Positions 42,596-50,616 of a stretch of 64,000 nt of DNA are shown in pieces. Both the position numbers and the translations under genes were made by a program. Under the pieces are notes generated by a model. The model did no database searches. It was not told where the DNA came from and saw only the letters and a program-made list of their open reading frames with translations. The stretch covers positions 2,208,001 to 2,272,000 of the forward strand of contig CAXXOA010000002.1 of assembly GCA_963666275.2 (NCBI GenBank), given 5' to 3'. This stretch comes from Oceanispirochaeta sp. (GTDB lineage: Bacteria; Spirochaetota; Spirochaetia; DSM-2461). The first letter of the stretch is position 1. Each line of letters starts with the position of its first letter.

Positions 42596-43321
42596 ATGGA
42601 CTCCTATAGAATCATTTCTTTAGTCGAATATATCCAGCTGATTCATCGGGGTCAGCTGGATAAAACTCTCTACTCCTGGTTTGAAAGTGACTTAAAGGAT
42701 TGCACCCCCTTTGAGGTGAATATTGCGATTGAAAATCTTTTGATCCGCTATAAGGATGTCCTGGTGGTTGAAAAAACCATTGCCCGGTTTATCCGGGCTG
42801 CCTCGATCGGGCTGGATCAGTTTCAGCCTCCTGAGTACAGGACTGATACAATCTTTTCTATTCTTGTGAGGGAAAACAGAGTTATTCAGTCTCTCCTGGC
42901 AGATCTTAAAAGGAGATTTCTACAAGTACTTCCGGATTTGAAACAGAATAACTCCTCTGAAAAGGAGGGATTTCTGGAGGAAATCAGAAAACTGGAAGCC
43001 ATCAAATCCCATTACCTGAAACTGCAATATGGACTGTTTTCCGCCCTGGAGTCAGTAGGCGCTCCAACACTCTGTATCAAACTGATGTGGCATCTGCAGG
43101 ATTCTGTATTGCATCTGCAAAATGAGTGCATGGACTTGATTAGTACAGAGGAATGGGACTTCAACAGATTCAATAAAGTGTACGGCCAGATGTATTTTCT
43201 TCTGGGGACTCTGCTGTATCGGGAGGAAAAGATCCTGTATCCGGTAGCTTATTCCATACTCCCGGAATCTCTTCAGACAGAACTGGTAACAGAGACGGAT
43301 TCCTATGGAACTCTGTTTTGA
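42596..43321 (+). CDS. Divergent DUF438/hemerythrin-like protein without PAS
   Basis: REN, HYLK..LF, KLMW and EEKILYP are collinear with the upstream gene. Confidence 0.65.
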   Translation: MDSYRIISLVEYIQLIHRGQLDKTLYSWFESDLKDCTPFEVNIAIENLLIRYKDVLVVEKTIARFIRAASIGLDQFQPPEYRTDTIFSILVRENRVIQSLLADLKRRFLQVLPDLKQNNSSEKEGFLEEIRKLEAIKSHYLKLQYGLFSALESVGAPTLCIKLMWHLQDSVLHLQNECMDLISTEEWDFNRFNKVYGQMYFLLGTLLYREEKILYPVAYSILPESLQTELVTETDSYGTLF

Positions 43322-43543
43322 GGATTAAATACTATGTTTTTCGAGAGCCGGAAAACGTTGTCTGAGAAGAGCTTTTTTACACTATTTTCTGACCCCGATT
43401 GAATAAGAAATTTCCCATGAATAAACAGATCCTAAAAATATCAGGGTCAATATCAGGGTCAGTAGTTGAAAAGTAGAAAAAATGGTTATAAATAAAAAAC
43501 CCAGTAAGCGAGGTATTTGCTTACTGGGTAATTATTTAACAAA

Positions 43544-43595
43544 TGCGGTAGACTGGACTTGAACCAGCACAGCCTTGCGACCACTAGCCCCTCAA
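43544..43595 (-). repeat. att-like copy 2: 3' half of tRNA-Leu(GAG)
   Basis: Identical to 3689-3740. Confidence 0.95.
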
Positions 43596-43719
43596 TTCAG
43601 GGTATGTGGTTATGTGGTACATATAGGGCTATCTGGAGCTGTATATCAAAGCTTATGTCGTATGATCTCAATATATGGCTTCTGGGTTTATATAATAAGA
43701 GGGTCAATATCGCGGTCAG

Positions 43720-43971
43720 TTATTTTGCATAATGCTCTGTATAGTTGTCCAGTACTTTGCGGATAAGCTGCTGATAGGGAATATGATTTTCATGAGCGGC
43801 ACTTTTAAAGAAATCCACACTTCGCTTGGATAGAGAAATCGTTATCTTCCGGGTTTCTTCTTTTGCAATTAATTGTTCAGGCGGTGGAAGAAAATCCTCT
43901 ATTTCCGTTGCACTCAGAAGAGCATTTTCAATCTCCTCAGGAGCTTCTGTATATTTACTGTTTTTGTTCAT
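43720..43971 (-). CDS. BrnA/CopG-like antitoxin, copy 2
   Basis: Overlaps the 3' end of brnT; RHH-like C-terminus. Confidence 0.82.
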   Translation of the reverse strand: MNKNSKYTEAPEEIENALLSATEIEDFLPPPEQLIAKEETRKITISLSKRSVDFFKSAAHENHIPYQQLIRKVLDNYTEHYAK

Positions 43972-44224
43972 ACAATTTCCTCCCGGTTCTCCAGAATCCG
44001 GCTCCGAATATCCGGATGTTTTCCTTTCTCATTGTAAAACGAACTGTTACAATACCATCCTCAATCTTTCCAATACAGAAATACCTGTCTTCATTTTGGC
44101 TATGCTTCTCATCCTTAAGAATGATACGATGCTTATCAAAGAAGGCATATTGAGCTTCATTGAATGAGACATTGTGCTTTTCGCTGTTTTCCTTGTCTTT
44201 ATTCTCATCCCATTCAAATGTCAT
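43955..44224 (-). CDS. brnT: BrnT-family toxin
   Basis: FEWDENK..N..KHNVSF, HSQNEDRY..IG and IRIFGA motifs. Confidence 0.88.
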   Translation of the reverse strand: MTFEWDENKDKENSEKHNVSFNEAQYAFFDKHRIILKDEKHSQNEDRYFCIGKIEDGIVTVRFTMRKENIRIFGAGFWRTGRKLYEQKQ

Positions 44225-44531
44225 ACATATATTTTACCATATTTTTGCCCATATGGCAATTTCAATTCTGATTTGCAATAATCATTAGATCTTATTGGGG
44301 ATTCCTCTATAGATTTATTCTAATACTCTCATCCAGGACCTAGCCACAATTCCACAATCTGATATATCTTCGTTCTCCTATGTCAAAAAGTGGAAACTAT
44401 TCAAAATACACTACAGATGTCAATTTTCAGAATGTTGACCCCCTCGTTTTCGCAATCGTGACCCCCTGAAATTCGGTATGCTGCCCCCCTTGAAATAAGC
44501 ATCAGTTATCCTTTGTAGGACGGAGGAGCTG

Positions 44532-45839
44532 ATGGATAAAAGGGAGTTAGAAATGTACAAATTGGAAGACGCTGTAAAAGCCCTTTTGGAGAACACTCCA
44601 ATCAAGCAAATTGCCCGTCGACAAAAGATCTCAAAGAACACCGTTAAAAAATATCGGAACCAATTGGAATCGATTCTGTCTGAAAAACCTTGGATCAGAA
44701 ATGATCTATCTGAAATCATGACGGAGTTCCGGAACTACCGGAAGAAGGAAAGATACTCTGAAAACCATGGATGGCTGGAATCCCATGAAAAACTTGTAGA
44801 TGAACTGGCACTCAATTGCGAGAACTACGTCAGACTTTTACAAGTTTTACAGGAAAAAGGATTCGGTGGTAGTTACTCGTCTCTCATGAGATATGTTGTG
44901 AAAAACTCAGAGGTTAAAGGTCGTCCGATTTTCAGGATTGAAAGCAAACCAGGAGAAATCGCTCATGTTGATTTTGGATATGCCGGAAAGATCTACGATG
45001 AAATCTCTGAGAAGGAAATCAAGGCCTATGTTTTCGTCATGGTCCTGGGGTTTTCTCGGGATGCCTACTATGAAATCGTCAGAAGTCAGGATATCAAAAC
45101 ATGGTGCCTGTGCCATATTCATGCCTTTGAACATTTCGGAGGAGTTCCTTGGATCATCATCCCGGACAACCTGAAAAGCGCTATCATCAAAGCGGCGTAC
45201 TGTGATCCTCTTCCCAATAAAAGCTATTCCGATCTGGCAAAACATTACGGATTTCAAATAGATCCCTGTATCGCCGGAGTACCAGAGCACAAAGGGAAGG
45301 TCGAATCCGGTGTAAAATACGTGAAAAATAACTTTCTTCCCTTGAGGACTTTCAAGAATTTTGCCGATGCCAACAAGCAGCTTGATGAATGGAATAGAAC
45401 TGTTGCCAGAGTCCGGGTACATGGCACGACGAAACAGGTTCCGGCAGAGTTGTTTAAGAAGATCGAAAAAGCAGCGTTGCTTCCTCTGAATACAGAGCGA
45501 TTTGAAATCCCCCTTTACAAGGAGCTGAAAGTAGGCCGTGATATCCATATCCAGTTCGATAAAGCCTACTACAGCGTCCCCCATGAGCTGAGGGGGAAAT
45601 ATGTTCATGGTAGAAAAACGGAGTCTCAGATAGCAATTATCTACGATAATGAGCTTGTTGCAGTCCATTTCCCCATATTTGCAGGGAAAAGACGTACCAA
45701 TAAAGACCATTATCCGCCTGACACCGGCCGGTACATGGAATGGGACACTGAGTACTGTCTCTCAGAGGCAGGAAAGGTTGGAGTCAACACGAGAAGAATC
45801 GTCCACTCTCTTCTCTCCTGTGGAAAGAAAACTCTCTGA
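44532..45839 (+). CDS. istA: IS21 transposase, C-terminus probably damaged
   Basis: PGEIAHVDFG, PDNLKSA, KGKVESGVKYVK, RVHGTT and YYSVP motifs. Confidence 0.9.
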   Translation: MDKRELEMYKLEDAVKALLENTPIKQIARRQKISKNTVKKYRNQLESILSEKPWIRNDLSEIMTEFRNYRKKERYSENHGWLESHEKLVDELALNCENYVRLLQVLQEKGFGGSYSSLMRYVVKNSEVKGRPIFRIESKPGEIAHVDFGYAGKIYDEISEKEIKAYVFVMVLGFSRDAYYEIVRSQDIKTWCLCHIHAFEHFGGVPWIIIPDNLKSAIIKAAYCDPLPNKSYSDLAKHYGFQIDPCIAGVPEHKGKVESGVKYVKNNFLPLRTFKNFADANKQLDEWNRTVARVRVHGTTKQVPAELFKKIEKAALLPLNTERFEIPLYKELKVGRDIHIQFDKAYYSVPHELRGKYVHGRKTESQIAIIYDNELVAVHFPIFAGKRRTNKDHYPPDTGRYMEWDTEYCLSEAGKVGVNTRRIVHSLLSCGKKTL

Positions 45840-45886
45840 CACCTATGCCAGAAGTCTTGATGAACTGCTAAACGGGGAGGTCCTTC

Positions 45887-46615
45887 ATGGAAACGCACGC
45901 GCAAATTAAATCGAACTTGAAGAATCTGAGACTCTCTTCAATGTATGAGAATTTTGAGCAGAGAGTATCAGAAGCTATCCAGACAAAAATGGGATATGCC
46001 GACTTCCTTCTCATTCTCACACAGGATGAAATCGACAGGAGAAAAGTCAAAAAGCAGGAACTAAATATCCGAAAAGCAGGCCTTGGCAGATACAAAAGGT
46101 TGCTGGAATTCGACTTCAATTTCAATCCCGACATCAACCGGCAACAAATCCTCCAGTTGGCCAGCTGTGAGTTTATCAAAAAGAATGAAAATATTCTTTT
46201 CGTAGGTCCCACTGGTGTTGGAAAAACATTTCTGTCAAAAGCCATTGCTCATGAAGCTTGCTCGAAGGGGATGTCTGTCATCTTCTCCAGGACAATGAAA
46301 ATGCTGGAATATATTTATTCCGGACATGCTGATAATTCTACAAATAAAAGAATGAAACAGTTCATCAAACCGGACGTGCTCATCCTTGATGACTGGGGGC
46401 TTCAGGCATTCCCGAATAAAATGCTGAATATTCTTAACGAGATCATTTCAGAAAGATATGAACAGGGATCGATAATTGTCACCAGCAACAGACCACTGGA
46501 AAACTGGGGTGAATTATTTTCAGAACCGGTTGTCAGTTCGGCCCTGCTCGACAGGCTTTTTCATAACGCTCATCGTGTCGTGATTGAAGGTAATACTTAT
46601 AGGAAAATGTTGTGA
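45887..46615 (+). CDS. istB: IS21 helper ATPase
   Basis: GPTGVGKT, LILDDWG, TSNRP and LDRLFH motifs. Confidence 0.95.
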   Translation: METHAQIKSNLKNLRLSSMYENFEQRVSEAIQTKMGYADFLLILTQDEIDRRKVKKQELNIRKAGLGRYKRLLEFDFNFNPDINRQQILQLASCEFIKKNENILFVGPTGVGKTFLSKAIAHEACSKGMSVIFSRTMKMLEYIYSGHADNSTNKRMKQFIKPDVLILDDWGLQAFPNKMLNILNEIISERYEQGSIIVTSNRPLENWGELFSEPVVSSALLDRLFHNAHRVVIEGNTYRKML

Positions 46616-46687
46616 TCGGAAGTATGATCTATAGTATCTGTAAGAGGGGTCAGCATACCGACAACTGAGGGGTCAGTAATGCGAAAA

Positions 46688-48052
46688 ATGACAACAGATT
46701 TTAAAATAGCCGTAAAGCTGGGAATTGCCGATCCTATCCATGTAAAAGCCCTTCCCCGAAGTACAAGATACAATTTCAGGAAGGCAAGTTATGAAGAACT
46801 CCTGGGACAGGAATATGAAGGGCTGATAGACAGGGTTTCCCAGGTGAAAGAAATCCTGGATTCCAGAACCGCAACAGCCGTTGCCCTGTCTCTGGCCCGG
46901 TTCGCCTTTTTCATTAAAAATATGGGAACCAATATCTCCTCCTTATCAAAAATAAAACAACCTGCTTTGCGGCAGAAGTTTGTTAAACTTGTGAAGGCTT
47001 CAGAAAGGTACATTCCCCGAAAACGGATACTAGATTTTTTTGAAATAAGCTCTCAGCGCTTTGCTAACTGGCAGAGCCATCCCGAAGGCTGCGTTAGGGC
47101 TCCGCATTTTGAAAGTATCAAGCAATACCCTCAGCAACTGACCAATGAGGAAATACAGAAAATTATCAGAGCCTATCGAGACCCGGAAAAATCCAGTTGG
47201 AGTTCCTTTGCCATTGCATCCGATCTTATTAGGCAGAGAACTGTAATGGCCGGTATTTCAACGATTATGGAATACGCACGGAAACTGGGGCTGCATAAAC
47301 GGAAACTCCGGAAGAAGAGGCAGAAAAGGGGTAGTGTAGAAGCCTGTAGGCCCGATGATGTGTGGCATATGGATGTAACCCGTATAGCGTCTGCAGATAA
47401 TATAAACCATTATCTCCATTTGATTATGGACAACTTCTCCCGGAAGATCATCGGATGGCACCTTTCAACCAGTTTACGGGCTTATAATTCCCGTAAAGTC
47501 ATTGAACAGGCTATTGGAGGTATGAAGAAGGAAAAAGGGTATGATATCAGTCTCATCACAGACGGGGGACCGGAGAATGACAACTTCACCGTTAAGAGTT
47601 TTATTCAAAATACAGATGTGCAGCTGATCATTGCCCAGAGGGATGTGCATTATTCAAACAGCATGGTGGAAGCGGTCAATAAAACCTTGAAATATCGCCA
47701 TATTTTTCCTCATACAGTACCGGAAGCCCTCCGTATGAACAGTTTCATTAACAGGGCAGTCAAAGAGTATAATAATCGTCCGCACAGTAAGCTGCAGGGA
47801 CTCACGCCCCATGAGTCCTATGAAGGACAAGTCTGGGATAAAGAACAATTCGCCCATTTAAGAAACGAAGCCAGGGAAAAACGCATGGCTTATAACAGAA
47901 CAGCATGCCCGCCATTGGAGCATGTAGAATATAAAAATGATAAAGCCAACTTTATGATTCCTCTGCTGCCCGAGAAGTATTCCCAATTAAGGGATAAAAA
48001 CGGAAATATTGTCACAGTTTCCTGTGTGGGATGTGAAAAATGCAGGAAATAA
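46688..48052 (+). CDS. DDE (rve) transposase, IS3/IS481-like, with its original start at 44380 cut off by IS21
   Basis: WHMDVT, DNFSRKIIGW, TDGGPEN, EAVNKTLK and YNNRPHSKLQGLTP motifs. Confidence 0.85.
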   Translation: MTTDFKIAVKLGIADPIHVKALPRSTRYNFRKASYEELLGQEYEGLIDRVSQVKEILDSRTATAVALSLARFAFFIKNMGTNISSLSKIKQPALRQKFVKLVKASERYIPRKRILDFFEISSQRFANWQSHPEGCVRAPHFESIKQYPQQLTNEEIQKIIRAYRDPEKSSWSSFAIASDLIRQRTVMAGISTIMEYARKLGLHKRKLRKKRQKRGSVEACRPDDVWHMDVTRIASADNINHYLHLIMDNFSRKIIGWHLSTSLRAYNSRKVIEQAIGGMKKEKGYDISLITDGGPENDNFTVKSFIQNTDVQLIIAQRDVHYSNSMVEAVNKTLKYRHIFPHTVPEALRMNSFINRAVKEYNNRPHSKLQGLTPHESYEGQVWDKEQFAHLRNEAREKRMAYNRTACPPLEHVEYKNDKANFMIPLLPEKYSQLRDKNGNIVTVSCVGCEKCRK

Positions 48053-48303
48053 TAAGAATTATGGGGATTTCTATGATAACCTTGAAACAGTATGAATGAG
48101 TATAACGTGCCCGGCAGACGTTCCAAATTTGGAACGTTTCTTCCAGAACTGATGGAAACGACCCACGCTGAAATGGGAGAGCTTTTTTACTCATTTTCTG
48201 ACCCCGATTGAAGGGAAAATTATCCTTCAAAAAGACAGATCTAAAAAATAAAGGGGTCGATAAAGGGGTCAGTAGTTGAAAAGTTGGAAAATCGGTTATA
48301 AAT

Positions 48304-48338
48304 AAAAAACCCTGTAAGCGAGGTATTTGCTTACAGGG
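48304..48338 (-). terminator. Intrinsic terminator downstream of tRNA-Leu (homologues at about 43494-43528 and 3643-3676)
   Basis: CCCTGTAAGC..GCTTACAGGG stem followed by T6 on the minus strand; the stem covaries among the three copies. Confidence 0.8.
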
Positions 48339-48353
48339 TAATCATTTAACAAA

Positions 48354-48437
48354 TACGGTAGACTGGACTTGAACCAGCACAGCCTTGCGACCACTAGCCC
48401 CTCAAGCTAGCGTGTCTACCAATTCCACCACTACCGC
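48354..48437 (-). tRNA. tRNA-Leu(GAG), CCA not encoded
   Basis: GCGGTAG acceptor, TGGTAGAC D-loop, CTAGC-TTGAGGG-GCTAG anticodon arm, long variable arm, GGTTCAAGTCC T-arm. Confidence 0.96.
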
Positions 48438-48575
48438 GTTTTGGTATTCGTGATAATATAGAAAGCCCCTTTTTTTGTCAACGCTGTTTGGAATCTTTTT
48501 TTTCTGCACACACATTTCGACTTAAAAACCCCCTCCGGAACCTGTTTATAAGGATTAAAAAAGCCCGTTAGGAAA

Positions 48576-48592
48576 TTAACAGGATTTTAACA
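48576..48592 (+). promoter_or_regulatory. Pho-box-like direct repeats upstream of pstS
   Basis: TTAACA-N5-TTAACA, 11-bp period. Confidence 0.65.
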
Positions 48593-48684
48593 AAGCCCTT
48601 ACCGAATCCTGATGGACAAACAGGATTATGAGAGCAACTTAAACAGGAAATAAAAAGTCTTAAATGACTAAGGAGTATTAGAAA

Positions 48685-49530
48685 ATGAAAAAAATTGTTG
48701 CAATGCTTATGGTTGTCTGTGTCGCTGCTTTCGCTTTTGCCGGCGGTCAGCAGGAATCTTCTTCCGGCGATACCGGTTTTTCCGGTAACTATGCTTTCGG
48801 CGGTTCCACCACTGTTGAACCTATCATCAGAGCTGCAGCGGAAGCTTTTGAAGAGATGTATCCCGACGTGAAAATCTCCTACGATGCTCCCGGTTCTTCA
48901 GCCGGTGTAAAAGGAGCCCTTGCCGGAACCTATTCTATCGGTGCCGCTTCAAGATCTCTGAAAGACTCTGAAGTATCAGAAGGGGCTGTTCCCACTGCTG
49001 TTGCCAAAGACGGTGTAGCCGTTGTTGTCAATAAAGGTTCTGTTCCCATGGATGATCTTTCCCAGGAAGACGTAACAGCCATCTATGCCGGTGAAATCAC
49101 AAACTGGAGCGAACTGGGCGGACCCGATGCGGAAATCGTTGTCTTCAACAGAGACGAAGCTTCCGGAACCAGATCCTGCTTTGCCGACGCCACAGTGAAA
49201 GAAGTGAAAAAAGATTTTACCGAAACAGCTGCCATCGTAACCTCCAACGGAGACATGGTTGCCAAAGTCGGATCTACCCCCTATGCCATCGGTTACTGCG
49301 GATTCGGATATCTGGGTAAAGATGCCGGTACAAAATCTGTTACTGTAAATGGTATTGATCCTTCAGAAGAAAATGTTCTCAACGATTCCTATGCCATCAA
49401 GAGAGATCTGATACTGATCACCAAAGGTGCCGTCCCCGCAGGTTCTCTGGAAGAAGCTTTCATCAACTACATCCTTTCCGAAGAAGGACAGGCTATCGTA
49501 GCGGAAGAAAAGTTCATCCCCATGAACTAG
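48685..49530 (+). CDS. pstS: Phosphate ABC solute-binding protein
   Basis: GSTTVEP, GSSAG, ASRSLK and RDEASGTR motifs. Confidence 0.93.
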   Translation: MKKIVAMLMVVCVAAFAFAGGQQESSSGDTGFSGNYAFGGSTTVEPIIRAAAEAFEEMYPDVKISYDAPGSSAGVKGALAGTYSIGAASRSLKDSEVSEGAVPTAVAKDGVAVVVNKGSVPMDDLSQEDVTAIYAGEITNWSELGGPDAEIVVFNRDEASGTRSCFADATVKEVKKDFTETAAIVTSNGDMVAKVGSTPYAIGYCGFGYLGKDAGTKSVTVNGIDPSEENVLNDSYAIKRDLILITKGAVPAGSLEEAFINYILSEEGQAIVAEEKFIPMN

Positions 49531-49559
49531 AAAGTTTCTGAATAAAACTTTCTTATGAC

Positions 49560-49589
49560 AAAGAGGCTGTTTTTACAGCCTCTTTTTTT
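49560..49589 (+). terminator. Intrinsic terminator after pstS
   Basis: AAGAGGCTGT-TTTT-ACAGCCTCTT followed by a T run. Confidence 0.8.
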
Positions 49590-49603
49590 ATTGTGTTATG
49601 AAT

Positions 49604-49631
49604 TTAACGGTTTTCTAACATTAGCCTAACA
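49604..49631 (+). promoter_or_regulatory. Pho-box-like repeats upstream of pstC
   Basis: TTAACG / CTAACA / CTAACA at 49604, 49615 and 49626. Confidence 0.6.
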
Positions 49632-49736
49632 ATAAGCCCCTTAAACACATGAAGAATGTGAGTAAATGAGATTTGTATTTAACAAAGAGGTGATTTCAGA
49701 CAAATCCCTCACTATGAAAAACAGGAGAAGAATCAA

Positions 49737-50615
49737 TTGAAATCCTCCAAAAGCATTATGGAATCAACAGTAGAAAAGATCCTGCTCATAAGCGCTCTGC
49801 TTTCAGTGGTCAGTGTCATTTTCATTACTGTCTTTATTTTCCAGGAAGGGCTTCCTCTCTTTAAAAAGGTAAACCCCCTGGAATTCCTTTTTTCCTCTGA
49901 ATGGTCCCCCACGGGAGAACCCCCTAAATACGGTATCCTTCCTTTTATCATGGGGTCCATCTGGGTCACCCTGGGAGCGCTGATCATCTCCGTTCCCATC
50001 GGTCTTTCCGTGGGGATCTTTATGGCCGAGATGGCCGTGGGTAAGATGGCGGGACTCCTCCGCTCGGTGGTTGAGCTTCTTGCCGGCATCCCCTCGGTAA
50101 TCTACGGACTTTTCGGGTATATCGCCATTTCTCCCATCATCCGGAGGCTCTTTGACAGCCCCACGGGACTGGGGGTTTTAACCGCAAGCATTGTCCTGGC
50201 CATTATGACCCTTCCCACGATCATCAATATTACCGAAGTGTCCCTCCGGGCTGTGCCTCACGAACTGAAGGAAGCCTCCCTGGCTCTGGGAGCCACCCAC
50301 TGGATGACAATCTACAGGGTTATGGTTCCCGCAGCACGGTCGGGAATCCTGGCAGGCATCGTTCTGGGGATGGGCCGGGCCATCGGAGAGACCATGGCCG
50401 TCCTTATGGTGGCGGGAAATGCCATCACCATGCCCAAAGGCCCGCTGTCTCTGACAAGAACCCTGACTATGAATATTGCCACAGATATGAAATACGCCGC
50501 CGATGATCATGCGGTCAGCCTTTTTACAACAGGTATTGTTCTGTTCGTGTTTATCCTGGGAATCAATCTCCTGGTGCAGTACCTGATGAAAAAAGCAGTA
50601 AAAGAGGAAGCCTGA
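49737..50615 (+). CDS. pstC: Phosphate ABC permease
   Basis: ELLAGIPSVIYG, EASLALGAT and RAIGETMAVLMV motifs. Confidence 0.93.
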   Translation: MKSSKSIMESTVEKILLISALLSVVSVIFITVFIFQEGLPLFKKVNPLEFLFSSEWSPTGEPPKYGILPFIMGSIWVTLGALIISVPIGLSVGIFMAEMAVGKMAGLLRSVVELLAGIPSVIYGLFGYIAISPIIRRLFDSPTGLGVLTASIVLAIMTLPTIINITEVSLRAVPHELKEASLALGATHWMTIYRVMVPAARSGILAGIVLGMGRAIGETMAVLMVAGNAITMPKGPLSLTRTLTMNIATDMKYAADDHAVSLFTTGIVLFVFILGINLLVQYLMKKAVKEEA

Positions 50616-50616
50616 T

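Larger units (their letters stand above)
44418..46693 (+). mobile_element. IS21-family element, 2276 bp, with 5-bp ACAGA target duplication
   Basis: Ends TGTCAATTTTCAGAATGTTGACCCC / GGGGTCAGTAATGCGAAAAATGACA with internal repeats. ACAGA at 44413-44417 and 46694-46698. Confidence 0.95.
43596..48405. mobile_element. 4810-bp tRNA-proximal element (TA pair, DDE transposase, IS21)
   Basis: Lies between att copy 2 and the intact tRNA. Confidence 0.8.

Noticed and set aside
44418..46693. Link between the IS21 TGACCCC repeats and the GGGTCA att-flank repeats
   Set aside because: Spacing differs (about 23 bp versus 12 bp) and the IS has its own ends and target duplication; treated as coincidence.
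46688..48052. The island's site-specific integrase
   Set aside because: It is a DDE enzyme, and anticodon-loop att sites point to a tyrosine recombinase.
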